DNA from: Pasteurella multocida
Lineage (GTDB): Bacteria; Pseudomonadota; Gammaproteobacteria; Enterobacterales; Pasteurellaceae
Direction: 5' to 3'
DNA length: 32,000 nucleotides
Assembly (NCBI RefSeq): GCF_900187275.1
Contig: NZ_LT906458.1
Span: 1,230,001-1,262,000 of the forward strand
The stretch's first letter is position 1. Every line of letters begins with the position of its first letter. Below, piece after piece: positions 9,800 to 18,358 of this stretch. Below the pieces are notes generated by a model, which worked only from the letters and a program-made list of their open reading frames with translations, did not search any database and was not told where the DNA came from. Made by a program: the position numbers and the translations under genes.

Positions 9800-11805
9800 T
9801 GAAAACATTAATTCATGAAATTGGAATTGTAGATATTAGAGATTATTTACATAGAGTAAAATTAAAAGAAGGATTAAATGTAATAACAGGAAAATCATCA
9901 ACAGGGAAAAGTGCACTAATTGAAATTTTTGATTATTGTTTCGCCAGTTCTAAAAGTAACATACCTAAAGGAGTTATAACAGAGTCAGCAACATTATATT
10001 ATCTTGTCTTACAAATTAATCAGTTATTTTTTGTGTTAGGTAGAGAAGCCAACTCTAGTAAGTGCTTTTTTAAGATTGAAAATAGCAATCCTTCCGATAA
10101 GTTAGGATCTAATTACTTTGATAATAATCATTTCTTATCACTTAATAATTATAAGAATAAACTCAATGAAATATTTATTGATATTAATGATGTTGATGAG
10201 TCTGCTATCACTGTAGAATACAGAGGAAAAAAATCGCCCACCCCATCTATTCGTAGCTTTATGTCATTAATTTTACAACATCAAAATTTAATAGCTAATA
10301 AGCATGCTATTTTTTATAGATTTGATGAAAAGGAGAAAAGAGAACAGGTCATATCCCACATGAAAATATTTCTTGGATTTGTTGATCAAGAATTTTATAT
10401 TCTATCGCAACGTAAAGAAAAAATCGAAATGGAAATAAGAAGGATAATTAGAGAAAATAATATACTCAGTAAAAACCTAGAAGGAAAAAAGTATGAATTA
10501 AAAGAAAGATTAAAGATTTTTTATTCAGTTATTGGAGTTGATGAAAAAATATTATCTATTGATGAGGTTATTTCAGATCCAATTAATTCAAAAATAAAAT
10601 TAGACAATACCATTCTAGCTCAGAATATAAACCACACATCAGATAATTTAAATATACATTATAATAAATTAATAAAAGAAAGAGATAGCGAAATTTCAAA
10701 ACTTAGAGAACTACAAAGAAGAAAAACAGCTATAGAAAAAACCCTAGAGGACAGGGAAGAGTTTTCTAAAAACATTGAACGTTCTTATTTCCCAGAAAGT
10801 ATAACTATTGCTAAAACAGTTTGTCCGCTCTGTTACTCCGACAATAATAAGCTAACAGAAAGAGCTAAACAGCTTGAACAAGCAATTAAAATTTTATCAG
10901 AAGATTTTCAGTTTAGTAATGGGATTACTTCTGAATTAGAAATATCATTAAATAAAACAAAAGAGGAAATAACAAATAAAAGTAACATTATAAAAAAATT
11001 AAATCGTGAGATATTAGATATAAGAACAAAAAACAAAGAACTATCTGATAAGATTAGCTTTAATGAACAAGTATTAATGAAAAAAATAGAAATATTTTTC
11101 TTATTAGATATGTTATCATCCTTCAAAAAGATAGATACAAGTGAAAAAGAAACATATCAAAATGAGCTTGAAGATATAAAGCAAAAATTAAAATTATACA
11201 ATATTGAAAATAGAGTTATTGAAGCAAATAGCAGAATTAATATAATCATGAAGGAAATTGGTTCAAAATTTGATTTCGAAACGAGCTACCAACCAATAAA
11301 TCTAAAATTTTCTCTAGATAGCTTTGATTTATTTCATCAAGACAATAAAAAAGGAAATATTTATTTAAGAACCATGGGGAGTGGTGCCAACTGGTTATAT
11401 TGTCATATTACACTATTTCTTGCTCTACATCGATATTTTATAGAACTAGACCATAAAGGAATAAATTGTTCAATTCCCTCTCTTCTATTTTTAGATCAAC
11501 CAACTCAAGTATATTTTCCTAACTTTAAATTTGATAAGAGTCAAGAATTTAATCAAAATATGATTAAAGAATTGGAACACAATCCTGAAACTTTTGATGA
11601 AGATATTAAATCCGTAGAGAATTTATTTAAGCAACTAGCCATATACTGTGATGAATTAAAAAATGAATTTGGTTTTTCTCCTCAAATTATTGTGACAGAT
11701 CATGCTGATAATCTGAACTTAGGAAATAAGTTTAATTTTGAGGATTTTGTTAACGGAAATAGATGGAGAACTAGAGGATTAATAGAGCCTATACCTAATA
11801 TTTAA
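9796..11805 (+). CDS. DUF3732-like / SMC-Rad50-like ATPase of a three-component defence-type operon
   Basis: 669 aa. Walker A GKSSTGKSA (about 9889-9915), long charged coiled coils flanking CPLC (10825-10836), RTMGSGANWLYCHITLFLALHRYF signature-like region, and Walker B-like SIPSLLFLDQPTQ. Confidence 0.8.
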   Translation: MMKTLIHEIGIVDIRDYLHRVKLKEGLNVITGKSSTGKSALIEIFDYCFASSKSNIPKGVITESATLYYLVLQINQLFFVLGREANSSKCFFKIENSNPSDKLGSNYFDNNHFLSLNNYKNKLNEIFIDINDVDESAITVEYRGKKSPTPSIRSFMSLILQHQNLIANKHAIFYRFDEKEKREQVISHMKIFLGFVDQEFYILSQRKEKIEMEIRRIIRENNILSKNLEGKKYELKERLKIFYSVIGVDEKILSIDEVISDPINSKIKLDNTILAQNINHTSDNLNIHYNKLIKERDSEISKLRELQRRKTAIEKTLEDREEFSKNIERSYFPESITIAKTVCPLCYSDNNKLTERAKQLEQAIKILSEDFQFSNGITSELEISLNKTKEEITNKSNIIKKLNREILDIRTKNKELSDKISFNEQVLMKKIEIFFLLDMLSSFKKIDTSEKETYQNELEDIKQKLKLYNIENRVIEANSRINIIMKEIGSKFDFETSYQPINLKFSLDSFDLFHQDNKKGNIYLRTMGSGANWLYCHITLFLALHRYFIELDHKGINCSIPSLLFLDQPTQVYFPNFKFDKSQEFNQNMIKELEHNPETFDEDIKSVENLFKQLAIYCDELKNEFGFSPQIIVTDHADNLNLGNKFNFEDFVNGNRWRTRGLIEPIPNI

Positions 11806-11831
11806 TAAACTAAATATAAACACTTTCACAG

Positions 11832-11837
11832 TATAAT
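11832..11837 (+). promoter_or_regulatory. Candidate -10 element (TATAAT) for the 186-aa ORF
   Basis: Exact TATAAT 36 nt upstream of the ATG at 11874; no convincing -35 element seen. Confidence 0.3.
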
Positions 11838-11873
11838 GCTTTAATAGCTCATTTATTTTCACTAAAACACAAA

Positions 11874-12434
11874 ATGAACTCAGAATTAAAACAAGATCTC
11901 ACGGAATTTTTACGCCTATCATTAGTCGATGATGAATTTATCGATCAATATATCGACGATATTACATCCCTTTTTGAAGAGCAGGGGGAATGGGCTGATG
12001 AGTATGTGTATTGGCAAGAAAAAGGGATTTTGCCAGAAGATCCTGAACACCAATATTATGATGAGTATTTCGACTGGGATGAAAATGCATTTGTTGTGGA
12101 TGGGAAAAGTTACCCAAGCCTGAGTTTGGCAGATATTCTCGAACAACAAGCCCTTTCTAAATTGACTGATTGGAAATTCGATGCGGAAGAATTGGAATAT
12201 GCGGTCAATAGTATGCTGACCAATAAAATCAAGATCCAATGCCCCGAAGAAACCTATAATGATGCACTCTACCCTTACGTTCAACAAGCACTTGCCCCAC
12301 AAAATTATACCCTTTGTAATTATTGGAACGGCAATGACAGCTGTTTATTTATGATTTTCTCTTTTGAGGAAGAGTGTATTCGAGAGATTGCTGGCAAGTG
12401 CAATATTTCAATTTGTGCGGTTGATGAAGTATAG
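11874..12434 (+). CDS. Hypothetical acidic protein (186 aa)
   Basis: Intact ORF rich in D/E/Y, situated between two defence-type modules on the same strand. No family recognised. Confidence 0.65.
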   Translation: MNSELKQDLTEFLRLSLVDDEFIDQYIDDITSLFEEQGEWADEYVYWQEKGILPEDPEHQYYDEYFDWDENAFVVDGKSYPSLSLADILEQQALSKLTDWKFDAEELEYAVNSMLTNKIKIQCPEETYNDALYPYVQQALAPQNYTLCNYWNGNDSCLFMIFSFEEECIREIAGKCNISICAVDEV

Positions 12435-12577
12435 TGTAGTTTAGTATTGCATCTATAGCACTCGCCATCAATGAGATCGACAGTGTAAAGAATTGGAAGG
12501 CTATTTTTCGCGCGAGGAATTATGCCAAATAAATATAAAATAAACATTATATTAATAAAAAAATAAGGAGAAATAAT

Positions 12578-13849
12578 ATGCAACCAGAACAAAAAGAAAC
12601 CGAAGAATCTATAAAAATCACATTTCTTTCTACAGATATTCCAAATAAGGCTCCTATCAATTTAAGTACTATAAAAGATCCAGACAAACTCCAAGAATAT
12701 AAAAACGTACTTCAAATATCACTTAATAAAATTTTAGACGCTGAAAATATTATTGTTTTAGCTGGTTCAGGCACTTCTTTGACATTCAATACTTCACAAA
12801 ATCACCCCGCTCCAAGTATGGCTGACCTGTGGGATTATTGCAAAGAGAAAAATGCTAGAGTTTTTAATGAGATTGAGACATATACAAATTACAATGATTT
12901 TGCTGAAAAATGGACTGATAAACAAGGGCAAGAACATATTTCAAAGGATATTGAGCTTTTGCTGTCACGCTGTGATACTTTTTTGTCTTTACAAAATTTA
13001 TCTACTCATCGATTACAGCAACTAAAAAAATTTATTAAAGACGCGAAGTTAGAAATACTAAAACAAACTAACTTCACAGGAAAAATCTCAGACCCCAAAA
13101 ACTGGGAACATCATAACAAACTACTAAGGGTCTTAGGAAAAAGGCAACCTAAACAAAAGCGCTTAAAACTATTCACTACTAACTATGATTTAGCATTTGA
13201 AACCGCAGCATCTAACACTGGAATGATTGTAATCGATGGTTTTGAATACGGTAGACCATATCGCTTTAACCCCGCATGGTTTCATTATGATATTGTGCAT
13301 AAAACTCAAGCTTCAGATAAAGCAAATTCTTATCTTCCCAATGTCTTCCATCTTTATAAAATCCATGGTTCTGTAGATTGGTTGAGAACAGAGCAAGGTA
13401 TTCAAAAAAGAATTTCGGATTCTCAAGAAGGAGAACCAGTCATTATTTATCCAAGTAGTACTAAATATCAAACCTCTTATGAATCTCCCTACCTAGATAT
13501 GATGTCCAGCTTTTTAGAAGCAGTCCAAAAACCTAAAACAGCAATTTTATGTCTTGGATTTGGTTTTAATGATAAACATATAAATAATGCGATTACAATG
13601 GCACTGCGTACAAATCCAGAATTACTACTCATGGTGAGTACTCGTTCGTTTTTTGATGAAAAAGGCTCTTTTAATAAAGATATTCGAGAATTACTGAAAA
13701 AAGCAGTTGCAGCTGGCGATTCAAGAATCACATTAATAGACTGTGATTTTGCTACATTCGTAGAACAATTACCAGAAAGAAATAAACCTACGCCAGAAGA
13801 ACAAATTCTTCAGTTCTTCCAAAAATTTAATACGGGAGAAAATAAATGA
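12578..13849 (+). CDS. SIR2-like domain protein (predicted NADase effector of a SIR2-HerA system)
   Basis: 423 aa; IIVLAGSGTS (coding 12761-12778 for AGSGTS), FTTNYDLAFE (13175-13189), YKIHGSVDWLR with the candidate catalytic His, and LCLGFGFNDKHI. Preceded by AAGGAG at 12565-12570. Confidence 0.9.
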   Translation: MQPEQKETEESIKITFLSTDIPNKAPINLSTIKDPDKLQEYKNVLQISLNKILDAENIIVLAGSGTSLTFNTSQNHPAPSMADLWDYCKEKNARVFNEIETYTNYNDFAEKWTDKQGQEHISKDIELLLSRCDTFLSLQNLSTHRLQQLKKFIKDAKLEILKQTNFTGKISDPKNWEHHNKLLRVLGKRQPKQKRLKLFTTNYDLAFETAASNTGMIVIDGFEYGRPYRFNPAWFHYDIVHKTQASDKANSYLPNVFHLYKIHGSVDWLRTEQGIQKRISDSQEGEPVIIYPSSTKYQTSYESPYLDMMSSFLEAVQKPKTAILCLGFGFNDKHINNAITMALRTNPELLLMVSTRSFFDEKGSFNKDIRELLKKAVAAGDSRITLIDCDFATFVEQLPERNKPTPEEQILQFFQKFNTGENK

Positions 13850-15588
13850 GTAATGAATGGTTTTCACCATATGATTTAAAAAGACGCATAGGAAGTTTAA
13901 TTGAAATATCTGCAACTGAAGCAAAAATAAACCTTACTAAAGCCGGAACGGGAGAACAAGTATGGCTATTGGGAAACCGTATTCCCATTGGAGAGGTTAA
14001 TGAGTTTATTTTTATTGATTGTGGGCAAACATCTATTTTAGGAAGAATGATTCGAGTATGGTTAGAAAATGGTGAACGTCTTAGCGTTGATAATTTAGAT
14101 GAAAATTATGCTAATAATAACCCTATTGGCTTAGTTCAACTATTGGTTAGTGTTGATGTAGAAACAGGATTTAATCATAGAGGAATTAGACAATACCCTA
14201 AATTAGGCGCTCAAATTTATTCTGCTCATCCAAATTTAGTTTCTCTTTTAGCAGAAGGGAAATTAGCTAGTGATAATAATGAATTACAACTACCAATTGC
14301 TGAAATTCCTAATGATTCATCTATTACAATTCATCTTACTCCCGAAAAATTATTTGCTCGCCATTGTGCTATTTTAGGTTCTACTGGCGGAGGGAAAAGC
14401 TATACGATGGCAAATATAATTAATAATGTAAAAGAAAATAGAGGAAAAATATTATTATTAGATGCAACAGGAGAATATGAAAATTTACTTTGTGAAAGCT
14501 ATTATGTGGGAGAACATCCTCAAACTAAAGAGGATGACAAAAATAAAGTGACATACCCGCATTGGATGTTTACTGATTCAGATATAAGAGCTTTATTAAG
14601 ACCATCTGCTGGAAGCCAAGCACCAAAATTAGAAGAAGCTATTAGAAGTTTGAAAATAGTGCACTACCTCAACAGAAATCCAGAAATGAAAACTAAATAT
14701 GCTCTGTCTATACAAAATCAAGTGAATTTAGAGAAATTGGAGAAACTTAAAAAGCCATTCGAAGATATAATACAATCAATAACGTCCCCTTTTTCAGATA
14801 TTCCATGGACATTCCATGCATTGGCAGAGCAGATCATTCAAGAATGTGTATATCCAACAGGAGGGACATATCAAACTCCAGATCCCACTAAATGGGGAAA
14901 AAGAGCGGATAATGATATTGGATATTGTCTAAATCTAATTTCTCGCATTAAGGCTATGCAAAATAATCCTCACTTAAAATGGATGTTAGATAGCGATCCG
15001 AAGCTGACTAAGATACCTGATATCATAGATAATCTATGCAAAAATCAAACAGATCCAATAATACGGTTTGATCTATCTTTTGTTCCATTTGAAGAAAATG
15101 CAAGGGAAATATTAGTTAATACCATCGGTCGTAAATTATTAGATTGTGCTCGCAAAGGTGATATTAGCTATGAAAATCCATTGCTTGTTTTTATTGATGA
15201 ATCTCATCAATTTTTAAATAAATCTATTGGTGATGACATCAGCAAAATGAATCTTACCGCTTTTGGAGATATTGCAAAAGAAGGGAGAAAATATGGTTTA
15301 AATCTAGTGATGGCAACACAGCGACCAAGAGATATTCCAGAAGATGTTTTAAGTCAAATTGGGACATTGATTGTTCATCGATTAACTAATGAGAAAGATC
15401 AGGAAATTGTAAAGAAAGCAGTTGGCTCCATCGATAATCGCTCAGCTGCTTTTTTACCTGTACTCGGGCAAGGAGAGGCCCTTTTACTTGGGGTTGATTT
15501 TCCTTTTCCGATGAAAGTAAAAATCAAAGTGCCTCAAGTCGCCCCTTTATCTAGAAGTGCTTCATTTTCTAAAGTGTGGTCTTCCTGA
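13846..15588 (+). CDS. herA: HerA-like ATPase/helicase (DUF87-type)
   Basis: 580 aa; N-terminal HAS-barrel-like region, Walker A GSTGGGKS (14377-14400), Walker B LLVFIDESHQFLN, and NLVMATQRPRDIPEDVLSQIGTLIVHRLTNEKDQE. Start overlaps the SIR2 stop by 4 nt (ATGA). Confidence 0.92.
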   Translation: MSNEWFSPYDLKRRIGSLIEISATEAKINLTKAGTGEQVWLLGNRIPIGEVNEFIFIDCGQTSILGRMIRVWLENGERLSVDNLDENYANNNPIGLVQLLVSVDVETGFNHRGIRQYPKLGAQIYSAHPNLVSLLAEGKLASDNNELQLPIAEIPNDSSITIHLTPEKLFARHCAILGSTGGGKSYTMANIINNVKENRGKILLLDATGEYENLLCESYYVGEHPQTKEDDKNKVTYPHWMFTDSDIRALLRPSAGSQAPKLEEAIRSLKIVHYLNRNPEMKTKYALSIQNQVNLEKLEKLKKPFEDIIQSITSPFSDIPWTFHALAEQIIQECVYPTGGTYQTPDPTKWGKRADNDIGYCLNLISRIKAMQNNPHLKWMLDSDPKLTKIPDIIDNLCKNQTDPIIRFDLSFVPFEENAREILVNTIGRKLLDCARKGDISYENPLLVFIDESHQFLNKSIGDDISKMNLTAFGDIAKEGRKYGLNLVMATQRPRDIPEDVLSQIGTLIVHRLTNEKDQEIVKKAVGSIDNRSAAFLPVLGQGEALLLGVDFPFPMKVKIKVPQVAPLSRSASFSKVWSS

Positions 15589-15713
15589 TCCGATGACGCT
15601 CGTCAAAGGCGAGCGCCATCCATTTCTATTAATAGATTACTCACAAACTCTTCCCTTGCCTTTTCCCCAATTCCCTCTAAACTAACCCCATTTTTCACTT
15701 TCAACAAAAAGCA

Positions 15714-16553
15714 ATGCACACACCCCATATTTACCTCGGCACAGGCGGTTATAGCGACACAGATTTAATCGGGACGCTGTATCCTTTTGGCACAGATAAA
15801 AGCGAGTTTTTGGCAGTTTATAGCCAACACTATGATGCGATTGAAATCAACAGCACCTTTCATGCGCCGATTGGTGCGAAATCGTTGCTAGGGATGGTGG
15901 AAAAGGCGCAAGGGCGGTTGCAGTTTTCGGTGAAATTGCATCAAGATTTTAGTCATAAACGTACCGCCACAAAAGAAGATGCAAGAGCCTTTTTAGCCGC
16001 ATTACAACCGTTAAAAGATCAGGATTGCTTAGCGAATTTATTTATTCAGTTTCCGATAAACTTTGAACGAACACCTGCCAATCGTTATTATCTTGCTGAA
16101 CTCGTTTCTTGGTTTCAAGAGGAAGTGTTAGCCATTGAATTTCGCCATCCGAGTTGGCATAACCAATCTGTGTTGGACTATTTTCGAGGTAAAGAAAAGC
16201 TGATTTGGTGCAATGTGGATTATCCGCAAAATATTGGTTTGCCTGCTTTTCAATTTTATGCGAATCAACGTACGGCATATTTACGCTTGCACGGTCGCAA
16301 TCCGAATTGGTGGCAAGCGCAATCGGCACAGGAACGACACGATTACCGTTACAATGACACGGAATTGCAAAATTTAGCCAATCTGCTAAATCAGTATAGA
16401 AACGAATTTGACCAGTTGTATATCTATTTTCAAAATACCACGAAAAGCCACTCTTTCTACAACATTGAGCAATTGAAAGCCTATTTGGCAGAATATGGTT
16501 TTGAAGTGAAACCCAAGCCCGAGTTTTTAACCGAGCGGCAGAGTTTGTTTTAG
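15714..16553 (+). CDS. DUF72 domain-containing protein (YecE-like)
   Basis: 279 aa; YLGTGGYSDTDLIGTLYPFGTDKSEFLAVYSQHYDAIEINSTFHAP and AYLRLHGRNPNWW. Confidence 0.88.
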   Translation: MHTPHIYLGTGGYSDTDLIGTLYPFGTDKSEFLAVYSQHYDAIEINSTFHAPIGAKSLLGMVEKAQGRLQFSVKLHQDFSHKRTATKEDARAFLAALQPLKDQDCLANLFIQFPINFERTPANRYYLAELVSWFQEEVLAIEFRHPSWHNQSVLDYFRGKEKLIWCNVDYPQNIGLPAFQFYANQRTAYLRLHGRNPNWWQAQSAQERHDYRYNDTELQNLANLLNQYRNEFDQLYIYFQNTTKSHSFYNIEQLKAYLAEYGFEVKPKPEFLTERQSLF

Positions 16554-16616
16554 TGGGGAACGTGCGTTTTTTGACAAGAAAAATAACCGAAAAGTGCGGT
16601 CATTTTTGAAAACGTT

Positions 16617-17081
16617 TTATTCAGGTTGATAGCCCACATCCTCTAAAGTGGGATTTTCTGCGCCCGCTTTAGCGAGTTGATCGCAGATTTCATTTTCAAT
16701 GTGTCCAGAATGCCCTTTGACCCATTGCCAATTGATGTGGTGACGTTGGATAGCTTGATCGAGCTGTATCCATAAATCTTGGTTCTTAACGGGCTTGCCG
16801 GTGCTGGCTTTCCAGTTATTTTTTTTCCAATTAAAGATCCATTTGGTGATGCCATTTTTCATATATTGGCTATCACTGTGTAACGTCACTGAGCAAGGCT
16901 CTTTGAGAGTATTTAAGGCTTCAATCACCGCACGCAATTCCATACGGTTATTAGTTGTTAAAAAATAACCTGCTGAAATCTGTTTTTCATGTTGCTTATA
17001 ACGTAACAATACGCCGATCCCACCCGGTCCGGGATTGCCTAAACAGGAACCATCCGTAAAAATTTCAATTTGTTTTTGCAT
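16617..17081 (-). CDS. rnhA: Ribonuclease HI
   Basis: 154 aa; [37 protein letters not shown] and [18 protein letters not shown]. Confidence 0.97.
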   Translation of the reverse strand: MQKQIEIFTDGSCLGNPGPGGIGVLLRYKQHEKQISAGYFLTTNNRMELRAVIEALNTLKEPCSVTLHSDSQYMKNGITKWIFNWKKNNWKASTGKPVKNQDLWIQLDQAIQRHHINWQWVKGHSGHIENEICDQLAKAGAENPTLEDVGYQPE

Positions 17082-17149
17082 AATCTTTGTTACAATTCTT
17101 CACTAAACCAAGATCATAACCGAAATTAACTGAAAGAGATAGAAAGAAA

Positions 17150-17911
17150 ATGACCCCAGTGAATCAACCGACTCGCCAAATTGTACTGGATACCGAAACT
17201 ACGGGGATGAACCAATTTGGTGCACATTATGAAGGGCATTGTATTATTGAAATCGGGGCTGTTGAGATGATCAATCGACGCCTCACGGGCAATAATTTCC
17301 ATATTTATATCAAACCAAATCGCCCCGTCGATCCCGATGCGATCAAAGTACACGGTATCACCGATGAAATGTTGGCGGATAAACCCATGTTTAATGAGGT
17401 CGCACAGCAATTTATTGATTATATTCAAGGGGCTGAATTGCTGATCCATAATGCGCCCTTCGACGTGGGCTTTATGGATTATGAATTTAAAAAGCTAAAC
17501 TTAAACATCAATACTGATGAAATTTGTATGGTAACGGATACCTTACAAATGGCACGCCAAATGTACCCCGGTAAACGTAATAGCTTAGATGCACTTTGTG
17601 ATCGTTTAGGTATTGATAACAGCAAGCGAACCCTACACGGTGCGTTACTGGATGCGGAGATCTTAGCGGATGTGTACCTCACGATGACAGGGGGACAAAC
17701 CAGCCTATTTGATGAAAATGAACCAGAAATTGCTGTTGTCGCCGTCCAAGAACAAATCCAAAGTGCGGTGGCTTTTTCACAAGACTTAAAACGCCTGCAA
17801 CCCAATGCCGATGAACTACAAGCCCATCTCGATTACCTCCTCTTACTTAATAAAAAGAGCAAAGGCAATTGCTTATGGGAAAAGCGTTTAGCGGAATTGA
17901 AAACACATTAA
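17150..17911 (+). CDS. dnaQ: DNA polymerase III subunit epsilon
   Basis: 253 aa; RQIVLDTETTGMN, HNAPFDVGFMDYEF and HGALLDAEILADVYL; divergent from rnhA. Confidence 0.96.
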   Translation: MTPVNQPTRQIVLDTETTGMNQFGAHYEGHCIIEIGAVEMINRRLTGNNFHIYIKPNRPVDPDAIKVHGITDEMLADKPMFNEVAQQFIDYIQGAELLIHNAPFDVGFMDYEFKKLNLNINTDEICMVTDTLQMARQMYPGKRNSLDALCDRLGIDNSKRTLHGALLDAEILADVYLTMTGGQTSLFDENEPEIAVVAVQEQIQSAVAFSQDLKRLQPNADELQAHLDYLLLLNKKSKGNCLWEKRLAELKTH

Positions 17912-17960
17912 TAAATTCGTTCATTGATTGAGCAGCTGAGGGCAAATATGAAAAAAAAAG

Positions 17961-17989
17961 TTGACGAAAAGCGGCTTGATCATTAATAT
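17961..17989 (+). promoter_or_regulatory. Promoter of the tRNA-Asp pair
   Basis: TTGACG (17961-17966), 17-nt spacer, TAATAT (17984-17989), 15 nt upstream of the first tRNA. Confidence 0.7.
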
Positions 17990-18004
17990 ACGCCTCACCT
18001 GTGC

Positions 18005-18081
18005 GGAGTGGTAGTTCAGCTGGTTAGAATACCTGCCTGTCACGCAGGGGGTCGCGGGTTCGAGTCCCGTCCATTCCGCCA
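18005..18081 (+). tRNA. tRNA-Asp (GTC), copy 1
   Basis: 77 nt, GGAGTGGTAGTTCAGCTGG...CTGTCACGCAG...GGTTCGAGTCCCGTCCATTCCGCCA; cloverleaf folds by eye, anticodon GTC, CCA encoded. Confidence 0.97.
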
Positions 18082-18096
18082 ATTTTATTCTACTAC

Positions 18097-18173
18097 GGAG
18101 CGGTAGTTCAGCTGGTTAGAATACCTGCCTGTCACGCAGGGGGTCGCGGGTTCGAGTCCCGTCCGTTCCGCCA
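18097..18173 (+). tRNA. tRNA-Asp (GTC), copy 2
   Basis: 77 nt, GGAGCGGTAGTTCAGC...CTGTCACGCAG...GTCCGTTCCGCCA; 15 nt downstream of copy 1. Confidence 0.97.
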
Positions 18174-18185
18174 ACGAATTTCAAC

Positions 18186-18220
18186 AAAAAGCCACTTTTA
18201 AAAAGTGGCTTTTTGTTTCT
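18186..18220 (+). terminator. Rho-independent terminator of tRNA operon
   Basis: AAAAAGCCACTTTT-A-AAAAGTGGCTTTTTGTTT, near-perfect 14-bp inverted repeat with T-run. Confidence 0.9.
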
Positions 18221-18358
18221 CAGGCATCAGCTTGCTCAAGTTGGCTATTTAAGCCGATTTCTTGTACATTTCTCATCTTTGACAAAATCCGCTATAATGA
18301 TGCCATTTTTGACTGCGCTATGAACCCATAGGCAGAAATACTGAATAAGAGGTTTTTT

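Noticed and set aside
10908-11126. Minus-strand ORF inside the ATPase gene
   Set aside because: Low-complexity antisense of an AT-rich coiled-coil coding region.
11922-12302. 126-aa minus-strand ORF opposite the acidic protein
   Set aside because: It is a hydrophobic mirror of an acidic, Asp/Glu/Tyr-rich coding sequence; the plus-strand ORF is longer.
12320-12592. Minus-strand 90-aa ORF as an antitoxin or small membrane protein for the SIR2 gene
   Set aside because: It overlaps the end of the acidic ORF and the SIR2 ribosome-binding site and start, with no recognised family.
18005-18173. tRNA-Asp pair as attachment site of a genomic island
   Set aside because: The tRNAs are flanked by dnaQ and der, with no integrase and no tRNA 3' fragment seen nearby; the accessory block ends more than 1.4 kb upstream at the DUF72 gene.
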